From an uncultured Clostridia bacterium (GTDB lineage Bacteria; Bacillota; Clostridia; TANB77; CAG-508), in NCBI GenBank assembly GCA_947627595.1, contig CANQWQ010000006.1, positions 5,189 to 69,188 on the forward strand: a stretch of 64,000 bases of DNA, given 5' to 3'. The translations under genes were made by a program, and so were the position numbers. Below, in pieces: positions 42,831-52,049 of this stretch (position 1 is its first letter; each line of letters begins with the position of its first letter). The notes under the pieces were generated by a model. It had not been told where the DNA came from. It searched no databases and saw only the letters and a list, made by a program, of their open reading frames with translations.

Positions 42831-45074
42831 ATGAAAGAGAAATATAAATATATTAATCAAAAAAATTACAAATTAAATGTTAAATGGATTTTGCCAATAT
42901 TTATTTTTATTGCAATATTATCAGTTTTTGCATTTAGATATATAAAAACTTTGACATATAAAAACATTTATAAAACAATTTCAGAACTTGGAAAACAGAC
43001 TGCAACACAATTAAATTCTTCAATTGAAGAGCAAAAGAAATTTGTTGAAACTGCAGTCGATTCTATAAATAGAGGATATTTTAAAACAGAAAGTGAAATC
43101 TTTGATAATTTTGCGGATGACCTAGAAAATTACCACTTTACCAGGTTTGCTATTTTAGATAGAGAAGGAAACGGAATTACAAGTGACGGCTATACTGTTA
43201 AAGATTACCCTGTTACAGACGATTATTTCAATTTTGATGATGTATATTTATCAGAAAATAGAAAAAGTACAATTTCAGATGTTCAAATAAACATATACTC
43301 AAAGGCTTTCAAAATAAATGGGGAAGAAAAAGTTTTGTTTGCAACAGTTTATACGAAAGATTATAAAGAAATTTTACTTAGAAGACTTTACAATGGCCTT
43401 GGTGGAACATATTTGATAAATAATGATGGAACAGTTTTAATAGATTCATTTGATGCAATAAAAGAAAATAATGTTAATCTTTATAGTTTTATTATAAATA
43501 AACACAATGCTACAGATGACAAATCTTTAGATAAAATTAATCAAATTAAAGATGATATTGAAAATAAAAAGAACGGAACTTTTGATATAACTTTTAAAGA
43601 TAATGATACATATTTTGGACATTATGAAAATATTGGAATTAATGATTGGTACGTAATAAATATAGTTCCAGCTACTGCTATGGCAGATGAATTAAATCAT
43701 TTTATTGCTATAACTCTTGGAGTCTGCATAGCTGTAAATCTTATCATTATTGTGATTTGCGTTTATATTGATATTTCAAATCAAATGAAAAATCGTAAAT
43801 TATATAAGGCAGCTTATGTTGATTCAGTTACATTACTTGGAAATGAAAATTATTTTAAAGAAAATAGCAAAATTTTCTTAAATTCTTTAAAAGAAAATAA
43901 ATATATAATTTCGCTTGATGTTAATAAATTCAAGGTTTTCAATAGTTTATATGGTTATGAATTTTGTAATAAACTTTTGAATATTTTAGGTGAAAAAATA
44001 AAAACTGGAATTCCAAAAAATAATATAACTTGTAGAATGCATAATGATGTTTTTGCGATTTTGCTTGAATATGATAAAGATATCGAAAAAGTCTTGGAAA
44101 AGCTTCATAATGACACAGCTGTAATTAATGTAGATAATATTCCAATTCATCTAAATATTTCAATGGGTGTATACAAACTTAAGAAAAGTGACACAGATAT
44201 TAATAAAGTTTTAGATAAAGCATATATTGCTCGTGAACAAATAAAAGGAACATATGGAGAATATTACTATATGTTTGACGAGGCTCTTGAAAAAGCACTT
44301 ATAGAAGATGAAAACTTAGAAACATCTATGGAATCAGCTTTGAAAAATAGAGAATTTAAAGTAATTTATCAACCTAAATTTTCTACAGTTGATGAAAAAA
44401 TTGCAGGAGCAGAGTCATTAGTTAGATGGTATAAAGATGGAAAAGTTATAATGCCAAACAATTTTATTCCATTATTTGAAAAAAATAAATTTATTTTAAA
44501 ACTAGATTTATATATATTTGAGCAGGTTTGCAAAGATTTAGCTGAATGGAAAGAAAAATATAATGCTGATTTAAGAGTTTCTGTAAATGTTTCAAAAGAG
44601 CATTTTACAAATGAAAACTTTATAGACGAGTATGTTAAAATAGTTGAAAAATATAATGTTGACAGAAATAATTTGGAACTAGAAATAACTGAAAGTGCTA
44701 CAATTGATAAAAATATAGATGTTGTAAAAATTGCAAATAAAATTAAAGATTGTGGCTTTAGAATTTCATTAGACGACTTTGGAACAGGATATTCATCACT
44801 TGCTATGTTACAAGAATTACCAATAGATGTTATAAAAATCGATAAAGTTTTTGTTGATAAAGCAGATTATAAGAGCGATAAAAACATAATAAATTATATG
44901 GTTTTAATTGCAAAACAACTTAGAACTGACATTGTTGTAGAAGGCGTTGAAACAAAAGAACAAGCTGATTTTATCAAAGCTTTGAAATGTGACATGATTC
45001 AAGGATACTATTATTCAAAACCAATTGAAAAAGAGGCGATTGAAGAATATTTCACTAAAGAGACTATATCTTAA
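42831..45074 (+). CDS. Cache sensor, degenerate GGDEF and EAL c-di-GMP phosphodiesterase
   Basis: Two TMs; RMHNDVF in place of GGDEF; YQP, ESLVRW, EITE, DDFGTGYSS, EGVE, QGYYYSKP. Confidence 0.9.
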   Translation: MKEKYKYINQKNYKLNVKWILPIFIFIAILSVFAFRYIKTLTYKNIYKTISELGKQTATQLNSSIEEQKKFVETAVDSINRGYFKTESEIFDNFADDLENYHFTRFAILDREGNGITSDGYTVKDYPVTDDYFNFDDVYLSENRKSTISDVQINIYSKAFKINGEEKVLFATVYTKDYKEILLRRLYNGLGGTYLINNDGTVLIDSFDAIKENNVNLYSFIINKHNATDDKSLDKINQIKDDIENKKNGTFDITFKDNDTYFGHYENIGINDWYVINIVPATAMADELNHFIAITLGVCIAVNLIIIVICVYIDISNQMKNRKLYKAAYVDSVTLLGNENYFKENSKIFLNSLKENKYIISLDVNKFKVFNSLYGYEFCNKLLNILGEKIKTGIPKNNITCRMHNDVFAILLEYDKDIEKVLEKLHNDTAVINVDNIPIHLNISMGVYKLKKSDTDINKVLDKAYIAREQIKGTYGEYYYMFDEALEKALIEDENLETSMESALKNREFKVIYQPKFSTVDEKIAGAESLVRWYKDGKVIMPNNFIPLFEKNKFILKLDLYIFEQVCKDLAEWKEKYNADLRVSVNVSKEHFTNENFIDEYVKIVEKYNVDRNNLELEITESATIDKNIDVVKIANKIKDCGFRISLDDFGTGYSSLAMLQELPIDVIKIDKVFVDKADYKSDKNIINYMVLIAKQLRTDIVVEGVETKEQADFIKALKCDMIQGYYYSKPIEKEAIEEYFTKETIS

Positions 45075-45089
45075 TTTGAAGGAGACAAT

Positions 45090-45941
45090 ATGAAAAAATT
45101 TATATATATTTTGTTGTTAATCGTGGCAATTGCTGCAGGAAGCTTGATTTACTTATATCAATCTGGAACTTTTAATAAAAAGTCAACTAGTGGTCAGAAT
45201 CAAGCTAAAAACGATCAAGTTGAAACAAAAAATGAAGAAACTAAAAAAGATGAGGATAAAATTCAAGATTTCGTTTTATATAATGGAATGGAAATTTCAA
45301 GAATGCCTGGAGTACAAGATATTTCAGAGATGGAAATTAATGAAGAAAATAACAAAAAATATAATATAAAATATTATAATTACGAAAATAACGAGTATCT
45401 TGGAGAGACAGAAGGCGAATTTGGAGAAGAAGTTTATGAAGGATTTTCAGTAGTTACAAACGTAAAAACAATTGCAACAAGCGAATTTTACGACGCAGTT
45501 CCAAGAAAATCTACATTAATTGAAAAAATGCCTGAAGAATTGAAAAATAAAGGTCAAGCTCCTGATGCTGATATAGAAGAAATTGACCTAGATGGTGACG
45601 GAAAAAACGAATATATTCTTTTATATAAAGTCGATATTGAAGGAAATGAAAACGGGGCAGAGCCACAAGCATTTTCAGGGGTAATGTTATTTGATAATAA
45701 TTATGAAAAACTTGCAGATCTTGTAACTTTGAAAAATGGCTTTTGGGGAAATATTAAAGAAGAGGACAAAAAAGTATTTTTATCATTTGATGATATTGAA
45801 TACATAGATATTGATTGTGACGGAATAATGGAAATTGTTATTAAAATTCCAACATATGAAGAAACAAAAATTAGTATAGTAAAATATTCAAATGGCGAGA
45901 TTCAAGGTGAAACCGGAATCCAAGCCAGCGTTGAATCTTAA
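45090..45941 (+). CDS. hypothetical membrane-anchored/secreted protein
   Basis: N-terminal hydrophobic helix; DLDGDG and DIDCDG loops. Confidence 0.7.
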   Translation: MKKFIYILLLIVAIAAGSLIYLYQSGTFNKKSTSGQNQAKNDQVETKNEETKKDEDKIQDFVLYNGMEISRMPGVQDISEMEINEENNKKYNIKYYNYENNEYLGETEGEFGEEVYEGFSVVTNVKTIATSEFYDAVPRKSTLIEKMPEELKNKGQAPDADIEEIDLDGDGKNEYILLYKVDIEGNENGAEPQAFSGVMLFDNNYEKLADLVTLKNGFWGNIKEEDKKVFLSFDDIEYIDIDCDGIMEIVIKIPTYEETKISIVKYSNGEIQGETGIQASVES

Positions 45942-45945
45942 AAAA

Positions 45946-46053
45946 TGGGAAAAGGGGACTGTCCCCTTTTCCCAAAAAATTTTTTAAAAACCTTGAAAAA
46001 ACTGATTGAGTTAATATAAAAATGGGAAATGGGGACAGTCCCCATTTCCCATT
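45946..46053. repeat. REP-like palindrome copies 4 and 5 as a doublet (45946-45974 and 46021-46053)
   Basis: TGGGAAAAGGGGACTGTCCCCTTTTCCCA and ATGGGAAATGGGGACAGTCCCCATTTCCCAT. Confidence 0.85.
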
Positions 46054-46094
46054 TTTGATCAAAAGATTGAAACTGGTTTCCTCATCACCTGAAA

Positions 46095-47498
46095 TTATTC
46101 TGGAATTGTGCTGCAATTCCCGGTGATGAAAAAGTTTCCCGTGCAGCGGTTGTTGCCAACAATATCTTTTGCCGACAAGTCGTTGAAATGCCACCACTCA
46201 GAGGAGAGCGGGGTAAGACCCGAACTTGTGCAATAGTCTTGAAGCAACTTCGCACTCTCATTGAAAGTACTTGCCAGAGTAGCATATTGCCAATCAGTCT
46301 TAGAAATGCTGCTTACTGGAGCTTGGAACGTCACAGACAGGTCGGACAACTCATGAATGGGAGTCGGCATCTCATATTCATCATAGTTGACGATAGAAAT
46401 GTATTCATACTCACCAGTCTTTTTGTATTCGGCTTCTGTGATTTTTGCTAAACTAACGTCAATTGCATAACCACGCTGGTGGTTAGAAACGCCAGTAGCA
46501 ATAAACCAACTGATGTTCCAAGTATAGTTGTTTATGTGCTTAGCAACCTCTGCATTACTGTTAGCCAGAGCTTTGAGTGCGGCACAAACTTGCATTTGCG
46601 TTTCATAAGGGCGATAGCCCTCATAGATGACAAGAGTATTGCCATCAGCTAATGCTTTTTGCTGCGCCATTGCGATGTTCTTGGACATTGTGTACAAAAC
46701 GGGCACTATGAACTGATCTTCAGAAAAACGATTGCTGTAATAATACGAATTATACAATTGCTCATTGGTGATACCCTCGATATCGTTCATGAGCGAACGG
46801 TATTCAGAAGAGTAAGAGTTCGTATTGTTATAGATAATCGAAGGAATGACATCGACCAAGTTGATAAAGCAATACTTAGATTCGAGCCATCCAAATTTGT
46901 CTTCACCGATTTTTACAAACCACTTGTCTTTTTCTTCACTGATGATTGTGAAAGGCGTTCCGGCCTCGACAATTTCATTGCCGTCATCCTTAACAAGAGT
47001 CATATCAACAGATACGAAACCTGTTGCTCCGTTTATAGGAAGCTCAAAACCATATTCATTCAGTTCGACTTGAATATTTGTTACATCAAGGACTTTGACG
47101 GGAACGTCAGCGTTTTCAGTTTCCAGAGGTTCTTCAGTTTCAGTGACTTCCTCAGATGCAGGTTCAGTGCTGATTTCGGGTTCAACGGACTCAGTGCTAA
47201 CAGGATCAGTATTCACGGGCTCATTAGTTGCAGGCTCCGGAGTTTCAGTAACAGTAACAGGTTCGACAGTTGCAGGAACAGTAGTGCTCGGAACAGAATC
47301 GGTTGTGGCGCTGGGCTCATTTACGAGCTCGCTGAGAGGCTCAGTGCTGGTTTCGGGGTTAGAGATATTGGCATTGGTGATAGAAAAGGTCCGGGTGAAT
47401 TCGTCAAGAGACTTGCTGATGTAGCCACCAGTGATCTCTTGTGCTGTAAGCGCGATAACGACGACCGCGAAAAACAGCGCCAACATTTTTCTTCTCAT
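46095..47498 (-). CDS. secreted M15 (VanX-like) D-Ala-D-Ala peptidase with T/E/P-rich linker
   Basis: YEGYRP, SNHQRG.AIDVS and EWWHF motifs; signal peptide. Confidence 0.85.
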   Translation of the reverse strand: MRRKMLALFFAVVVIALTAQEITGGYISKSLDEFTRTFSITNANISNPETSTEPLSELVNEPSATTDSVPSTTVPATVEPVTVTETPEPATNEPVNTDPVSTESVEPEISTEPASEEVTETEEPLETENADVPVKVLDVTNIQVELNEYGFELPINGATGFVSVDMTLVKDDGNEIVEAGTPFTIISEEKDKWFVKIGEDKFGWLESKYCFINLVDVIPSIIYNNTNSYSSEYRSLMNDIEGITNEQLYNSYYYSNRFSEDQFIVPVLYTMSKNIAMAQQKALADGNTLVIYEGYRPYETQMQVCAALKALANSNAEVAKHINNYTWNISWFIATGVSNHQRGYAIDVSLAKITEAEYKKTGEYEYISIVNYDEYEMPTPIHELSDLSVTFQAPVSSISKTDWQYATLASTFNESAKLLQDYCTSSGLTPLSSEWWHFNDLSAKDIVGNNRCTGNFFITGNCSTIPE

Positions 47499-47583
47499 TA
47501 TGGAAACCTCCTTAAGGTGTAGGTAATTTAATTATACTATTAATTGATGAAACAGTCAATTTCAAGCATATTTGAAAGAATTT

Positions 47584-48327
47584 TTAACTTTCTATGAAAA
47601 GTGCTTTTGCAATATATGGAAGAACCTCATTTAAATCATACCAACCAGAAGATTTAGAGTCGTTTTCTCTGCCATTTGGGTTTGAAACATAAACTTTCCC
47701 TTTATCATCACAAGCAAGCAAAGCCATGTAATGTGAAGAAGTTGTCCACCTATTATCTTTAGGCTTATTCCAAACACAAATTATAATAGGCCTATTTGTT
47801 TTTAAATGCGAAATTATATTGTCTTTTGATAAATGAACAGAATCAAACAAAAAGTCTGAATTTTCTATTCCAAAACTGTTCAAAAGCTCTGATGAAAGCT
47901 TTTCATAATCTAAAACTGGATAATATTTTTGCCTTAAATCTTCAGGAGTTTCTTTTTTTCCATATCCACTTAAAATTATTGACATTACTGTAATTCCACA
48001 GCCATTTTCTTCCATTGTTCCGTCCCAATATTTGTTTTTGCTCCAAGAAGCATTGCCGTTTTGTTTATATTCAATATAAGTCTTTTTATTTTCTTCAACT
48101 GTTGTAAAAGTCGTGAAATAGCCATCTTGACTTTTCATTCTCTTTTGACCAAACCCTGAATAATCGTCATTTTTATCTTGTTTTATGATTTTGTAATCGG
48201 AAACACTAAAAATGCTAGAAATCTTGTCATGAGCTGACATATAGATGCTTCTAAAGCAGATAATTCCAATTATTAATCCTATAATTATTAAAAATCTTTT
48301 AAGATAATTTTTCTTTTTCCTTTTCAT
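47584..48327 (-). CDS. C39-like peptidase
   Basis: YKQ..W..GCG.T.M, HY, V.NPN; N-terminal TM. Confidence 0.75.
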   Translation of the reverse strand: MKRKKKNYLKRFLIIIGLIIGIICFRSIYMSAHDKISSIFSVSDYKIIKQDKNDDYSGFGQKRMKSQDGYFTTFTTVEENKKTYIEYKQNGNASWSKNKYWDGTMEENGCGITVMSIILSGYGKKETPEDLRQKYYPVLDYEKLSSELLNSFGIENSDFLFDSVHLSKDNIISHLKTNRPIIICVWNKPKDNRWTTSSHYMALLACDDKGKVYVSNPNGRENDSKSSGWYDLNEVLPYIAKALFIES

Positions 48328-48492
48328 AATAAAATCACTCTTTTCATATTTAATTTAAAATGATTATATAATTCTAGAAAATAAAGTGTTTTAAGAAATA
48401 CTTAATAAATTCTTAAATTTTTCTTACTATTGCCAATTTGTAATGAAAAAGGAAAAATAGTATGATATAATCGAAAATGAAATGGAGGAGTT

Positions 48493-49176
48493 ATGAATAT
48501 TTTAGTTTTAGATGATGAGAAAGAAATCGCAGATTTAGTTGAGCTATATTTGAAAAACGAGAACTATGATGTTTATAAAACTTACACATCTAAAGATGCT
48601 CTAGAGATAGTTGATACAGTAAAGCTTGATATGGCAATTTTGGATGTCATGGTTTTAGGAAAAAACGGCTTTGAAATTTTAAAGTATATAAGAGAGAAAA
48701 ATCTAAATTTTCCAGTTATAATGCTTACTGCCAAAATTGAGGCACAAGATAAAATCGAGGGCTTAACTCTTGGCGCAGACGACTACATTACTAAGCCATT
48801 TAATCCGCTTGAACTTGTTGCAAGGGTAAAGTCTGCCTTAAGAAGATATACTAAATATAATGAAAAGCAAGAAGATGAAAAAATATTTATCAATGGTCTC
48901 GAAATTGATGAAAAAACGCATCAATGCTTGCTATATGAAAAATTAGTTGATTTAACTCCTTTAGAATTTGACATTTTGCTTTATCTTGCCAAAAATAGAG
49001 GGCAAGTTGTGAGCTCAGAGGAGCTTTTTGAGAAAGTTTGGAAAGAAAAATATTTAGATAGTAATAATACGATAATGGTTCATATTAGAAGAATTAGGGA
49101 AAAGCTTAAAGAAAATACTCGTGAGCCAAAATTTATAAAAACGGTATGGGGAGTGGGGTATAAAATTGAGAAATAG
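48493..49176 (+). CDS. OmpR-family response regulator (VanR-like)
   Basis: DD, LDVM, GADDYITKPF, TVWGVGY. Confidence 0.93.
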   Translation: MNILVLDDEKEIADLVELYLKNENYDVYKTYTSKDALEIVDTVKLDMAILDVMVLGKNGFEILKYIREKNLNFPVIMLTAKIEAQDKIEGLTLGADDYITKPFNPLELVARVKSALRRYTKYNEKQEDEKIFINGLEIDEKTHQCLLYEKLVDLTPLEFDILLYLAKNRGQVVSSEELFEKVWKEKYLDSNNTIMVHIRRIREKLKENTREPKFIKTVWGVGYKIEK

Positions 49177-50251
49177 AGAATTTACCAATTTGAAAAACAG
49201 CCTAGCAATAAGGGCAGTTGTAAAGATTATTCTTTATAGCATTGGAACGATTATAGTTTTTTCGATTCTAATTGATAATGGATTCCTTGGAAACGAAATC
49301 GCAAATAGACTATCTGACTTCAACAGAAGCTTATATTTATGGTGTGTTAGAAATAAGATTTTGGTTTTAGGGCTTATCTATTTAATGATATTTGGATTCA
49401 TATCTTTTCTTGTTATTAGAAATACTAATAATAACATGATTAAGATTATTTCTGCAATGGATGAAATCTTGAAAGAGCCTAAAAATCAGGTAAAACTTCC
49501 ACCTGAACTTGCAATTTTAGAGAGCAGATTAAATAATATTCGTGTGGATCTTATTACAAATCAGGCTGAAGCAAAAGAATCATTGGAAAAGAAAAACGAT
49601 TTGATAATGTATATGGCGCATGACCTTAAAACTCCGCTTACATCTATAATTGGTTATTTGACACTTCTTTCAGAGGAGCAAAAAATCCCTAAAGATTTGC
49701 AGAAAAAGTACATAGATATTGCTTTAAACAAGGCTCTTAGAGTTGAAGATTTAACAAATCAATTCTTCGATATAACTAGATATAACTTAAACTCAATGCC
49801 AATTTCAAAACAAAACTTAGATATTGCGTTTTTGCTAGACCAGTTGACACAAGAGTTTTATCCGATGCTTCAAGAGAAAAATTTAGAATGTACACTAAAT
49901 AAGACAAAGGGAGTAAACTTCTTCGGTGATGGCGACAAGCTTGCAAGAGCGTTTGGAAACCTTCTTAAGAACGCGATTAGCTATAGTTATGAGAATAGTA
50001 AGATTGAAATTAATATAGAAGAGGAAGACGGAAAAATCAAGATAACTTTTAAAAATAAAGGTGATAAGATTCCTGAATATAAATTAAATAAATTATTCGA
50101 GAAGTTTTATAGAGGTGATGAATCAAGAACTTCAAACACAGGCGGCGCAGGACTTGGACTTGCTATCACAAAAGAAATCATTGAACTTCATGATGGAAAA
50201 ATTTCAGTTAAAAATGATGATGAATATATTGAATTTTGTGTGGTTTTATAA
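49166..50251 (+). CDS. sensor histidine kinase (VanS-like)
   Basis: AHDLKTPLTS H-box, NA N-box, GAGLGL G-box. Confidence 0.93.
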   Translation: MRNREFTNLKNSLAIRAVVKIILYSIGTIIVFSILIDNGFLGNEIANRLSDFNRSLYLWCVRNKILVLGLIYLMIFGFISFLVIRNTNNNMIKIISAMDEILKEPKNQVKLPPELAILESRLNNIRVDLITNQAEAKESLEKKNDLIMYMAHDLKTPLTSIIGYLTLLSEEQKIPKDLQKKYIDIALNKALRVEDLTNQFFDITRYNLNSMPISKQNLDIAFLLDQLTQEFYPMLQEKNLECTLNKTKGVNFFGDGDKLARAFGNLLKNAISYSYENSKIEINIEEEDGKIKITFKNKGDKIPEYKLNKLFEKFYRGDESRTSNTGGAGLGLAITKEIIELHDGKISVKNDDEYIEFCVVL

Positions 50252-50285
50252 AATTGGAAAAGGGGACAGTCCCCTTTTCCAATTT
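50251..50285. repeat. REP-like palindrome copy 6
   Basis: AAATTGGAAAAGGGGACAGTCCCCTTTTCCAATTT. Confidence 0.85.
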
Positions 50286-50339
50286 TTGTATTGTAAAAAA
50301 ATAAATTTTGTGATATAAAATGTGAAAAAGGAGATAACT

Positions 50340-50759
50340 ATGGAATATAGAAGATTTAATGATAAGATAGTTGCTAGAATTGATAAAGGAGAAGAAATTT
50401 TAGAGCAAATCAAAGAAATTGCATTAAAAGAGAACATTAAATTAGCTAGTGTCAGCGCTTTGGGAGCTACAAACAACTTTACTGTTGGTGTTTTCAAAAC
50501 TGGCGAAAAGAAGTATTATTCAAATGAATTTAAAGGAGATTTCGAGATTGTTTCTTTAATAGGTACTATCAACACGATGAATGGCGAGTTTTATACTCAT
50601 ATTCATATGAGTGCTGGAAACGACAAAGGAGAAGTTTTTGGAGGCCATTTAAATAGGGCAATAGTTAGTGCAACTTGCGAAATGGTAATTCAAATTATTG
50701 ACGGAAGAGTTGATAGAAAATTAAATGAAGAAATAGGTTTAAATTTGTTTGAATTTTAG
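50340..50759 (+). CDS. PPC/DUF296 domain protein
   Basis: EIVSL.G.I, HIH and GGHL motifs. Confidence 0.88.
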   Translation: MEYRRFNDKIVARIDKGEEILEQIKEIALKENIKLASVSALGATNNFTVGVFKTGEKKYYSNEFKGDFEIVSLIGTINTMNGEFYTHIHMSAGNDKGEVFGGHLNRAIVSATCEMVIQIIDGRVDRKLNEEIGLNLFEF

Positions 50760-50782
50760 AAACTATCTAGAAAGGAAGAAAT

Positions 50783-50953
50783 ATGGGTTTATTTAGTTCA
50801 AGTGATGAGTTTAATATAGGCGATAAAGTTAGAGTAAAATACAGAGAGCAAGAAGGCTATATTATTGATAAAAATGGAAATACCTATATGGTATCAATCA
50901 ATAATGGCCAAATTGTAGATTCTTATGAAGCAAGTGATTTAGAGAAAATTTAA
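50783..50953 (+). CDS. 56-aa KOW/SH3-like small protein (not in ORF track)
   Basis: AAAGGA RBS; MGLFSSSDEFNIGDKVRVKYREQEGYII..DLEKI. Confidence 0.6.
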   Translation: MGLFSSSDEFNIGDKVRVKYREQEGYIIDKNGNTYMVSINNGQIVDSYEASDLEKI

Positions 50954-50955
50954 AA

Positions 50956-50984
50956 TGAGAAAAGGGGACAGTCCCCATTTCCCA
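50956..50984. repeat. REP-like palindrome copy 7
   Basis: TGAGAAAAGGGGACAGTCCCCATTTCCCA. Confidence 0.8.
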
Positions 50985-51009
50985 AAAATTATGAAAGGAA
51001 GATTGTGAT

Positions 51010-51276
51010 ATGAAATATACTTACGAAACTCAGAATACATGCGCTCAAGTGATAGAATTTGAGCTAGAAGGAAATGTAGTTAAAAATGTTAAATTTTTAT
51101 ATGGTGGATGCCCTGGAAACCTACAGGCTCTTCCAAGATTAGTCGAAGGAATGACAGTTGAAGAAATTGAAGAAAAGATAGGCGGAATTCAATGCGGAAT
51201 AAAAGGAACATCTTGTGCAGATCAGCTTGCTAGAGCAGTTAGAAAGGCTTATGAAGAATCTAAAAAATCAGCTTAA
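51010..51276 (+). CDS. TSCPD-domain protein (TIGR03905-like)
   Basis: GGCPGN..GIQCG.KGTSCADQLA. Confidence 0.88.
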   Translation: MKYTYETQNTCAQVIEFELEGNVVKNVKFLYGGCPGNLQALPRLVEGMTVEEIEEKIGGIQCGIKGTSCADQLARAVRKAYEESKKSA

Positions 51277-51283
51277 ATTTAAA

Positions 51284-51316
51284 AATGGGAAAAAGGGACT
51301 GTCCCTTTTTCCCATT
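51284..51316. repeat. REP-like palindrome copy 8
   Basis: AATGGGAAAAAGGGACTGTCCCTTTTTCCCATT. Confidence 0.85.
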
Positions 51317-51896
51317 AACAAAATATTTTTTCAAACCATTTTTCCATATTTATCAATAAATCGTCAAGAGTATAATTGCTTTCATTTCTAAAATATTTGA
51401 TAAATTCCATTCCTACGCCATTCATGAAAAAAGAAATGTTAAGATCAAGATATTTATCGTTTGACATAGTTTTTAAGGCTTCATATACTTTAATATCTGC
51501 AATTTTTTTCAATTCTTCTATAAATAAAACTGATTCATCAGCTGATAGTAGCAATTTATAGGTTTCTTCATTATCTTTTAGACACTTTATAATTTTTGAA
51601 AAATAATTAAAGATATCTTCTTTTGAATCTAATTTGATGTCATCACTTTTTAGAAGTTCAATAGTTTGCAATTCATAGTCATTTGCAACATCATAAATAC
51701 TTTCATAGTGTGTATAAAACGTGCTTCTGGTAAGTTCGGCTCGTTTTACAAGTTCTGTTACAGTGACTTTATTTAATTGCTTTTTTTCGTGTATTAACTC
51801 TGCAAAAGTTTTCTTTATTAAATTTCTAGTTTTTATTGAAGAAGAATTTAGACATTTAACTTTCATTTTAAAATTCCTTTCCATAATATGTAACAA
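51315..51896 (-). CDS. TetR/AcrR family regulator
   Basis: VTVTELVKRAELTRSTFYTHY HTH. Confidence 0.9.
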   Translation of the reverse strand: MLHIMERNFKMKVKCLNSSSIKTRNLIKKTFAELIHEKKQLNKVTVTELVKRAELTRSTFYTHYESIYDVANDYELQTIELLKSDDIKLDSKEDIFNYFSKIIKCLKDNEETYKLLLSADESVLFIEELKKIADIKVYEALKTMSNDKYLDLNISFFMNGVGMEFIKYFRNESNYTLDDLLINMEKWFEKIFC

Positions 51897-51945
51897 TATA
51901 AAGCATTATAACACAGATTTTACAAAAGATAAATACAATTTATAA

Positions 51946-51971
51946 AAAAGTGTCTAAATTTAGACACTTTT
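51946..51971. promoter_or_regulatory. probable TetR operator
   Basis: Perfect 26-bp palindrome AAAAGTGTCTAAATTTAGACACTTTT between divergent tetR and MMPL genes. Confidence 0.65.
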
Positions 51972-52049
51972 ATTATATTTATACTTCCATTTGGAAAAAA
52001 ATGAGAGTATAATATAAAACAGATTTTTAAAAGAAAGGAAGGATATTAA

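Noticed and set aside
46188..47522. Plus-strand ORFs 46188-46451, 46659-47522, 46846-47073 and 47095-47424
   Set aside because: Antisense shadows of the M15 peptidase gene, favoured by higher GC; no motifs.
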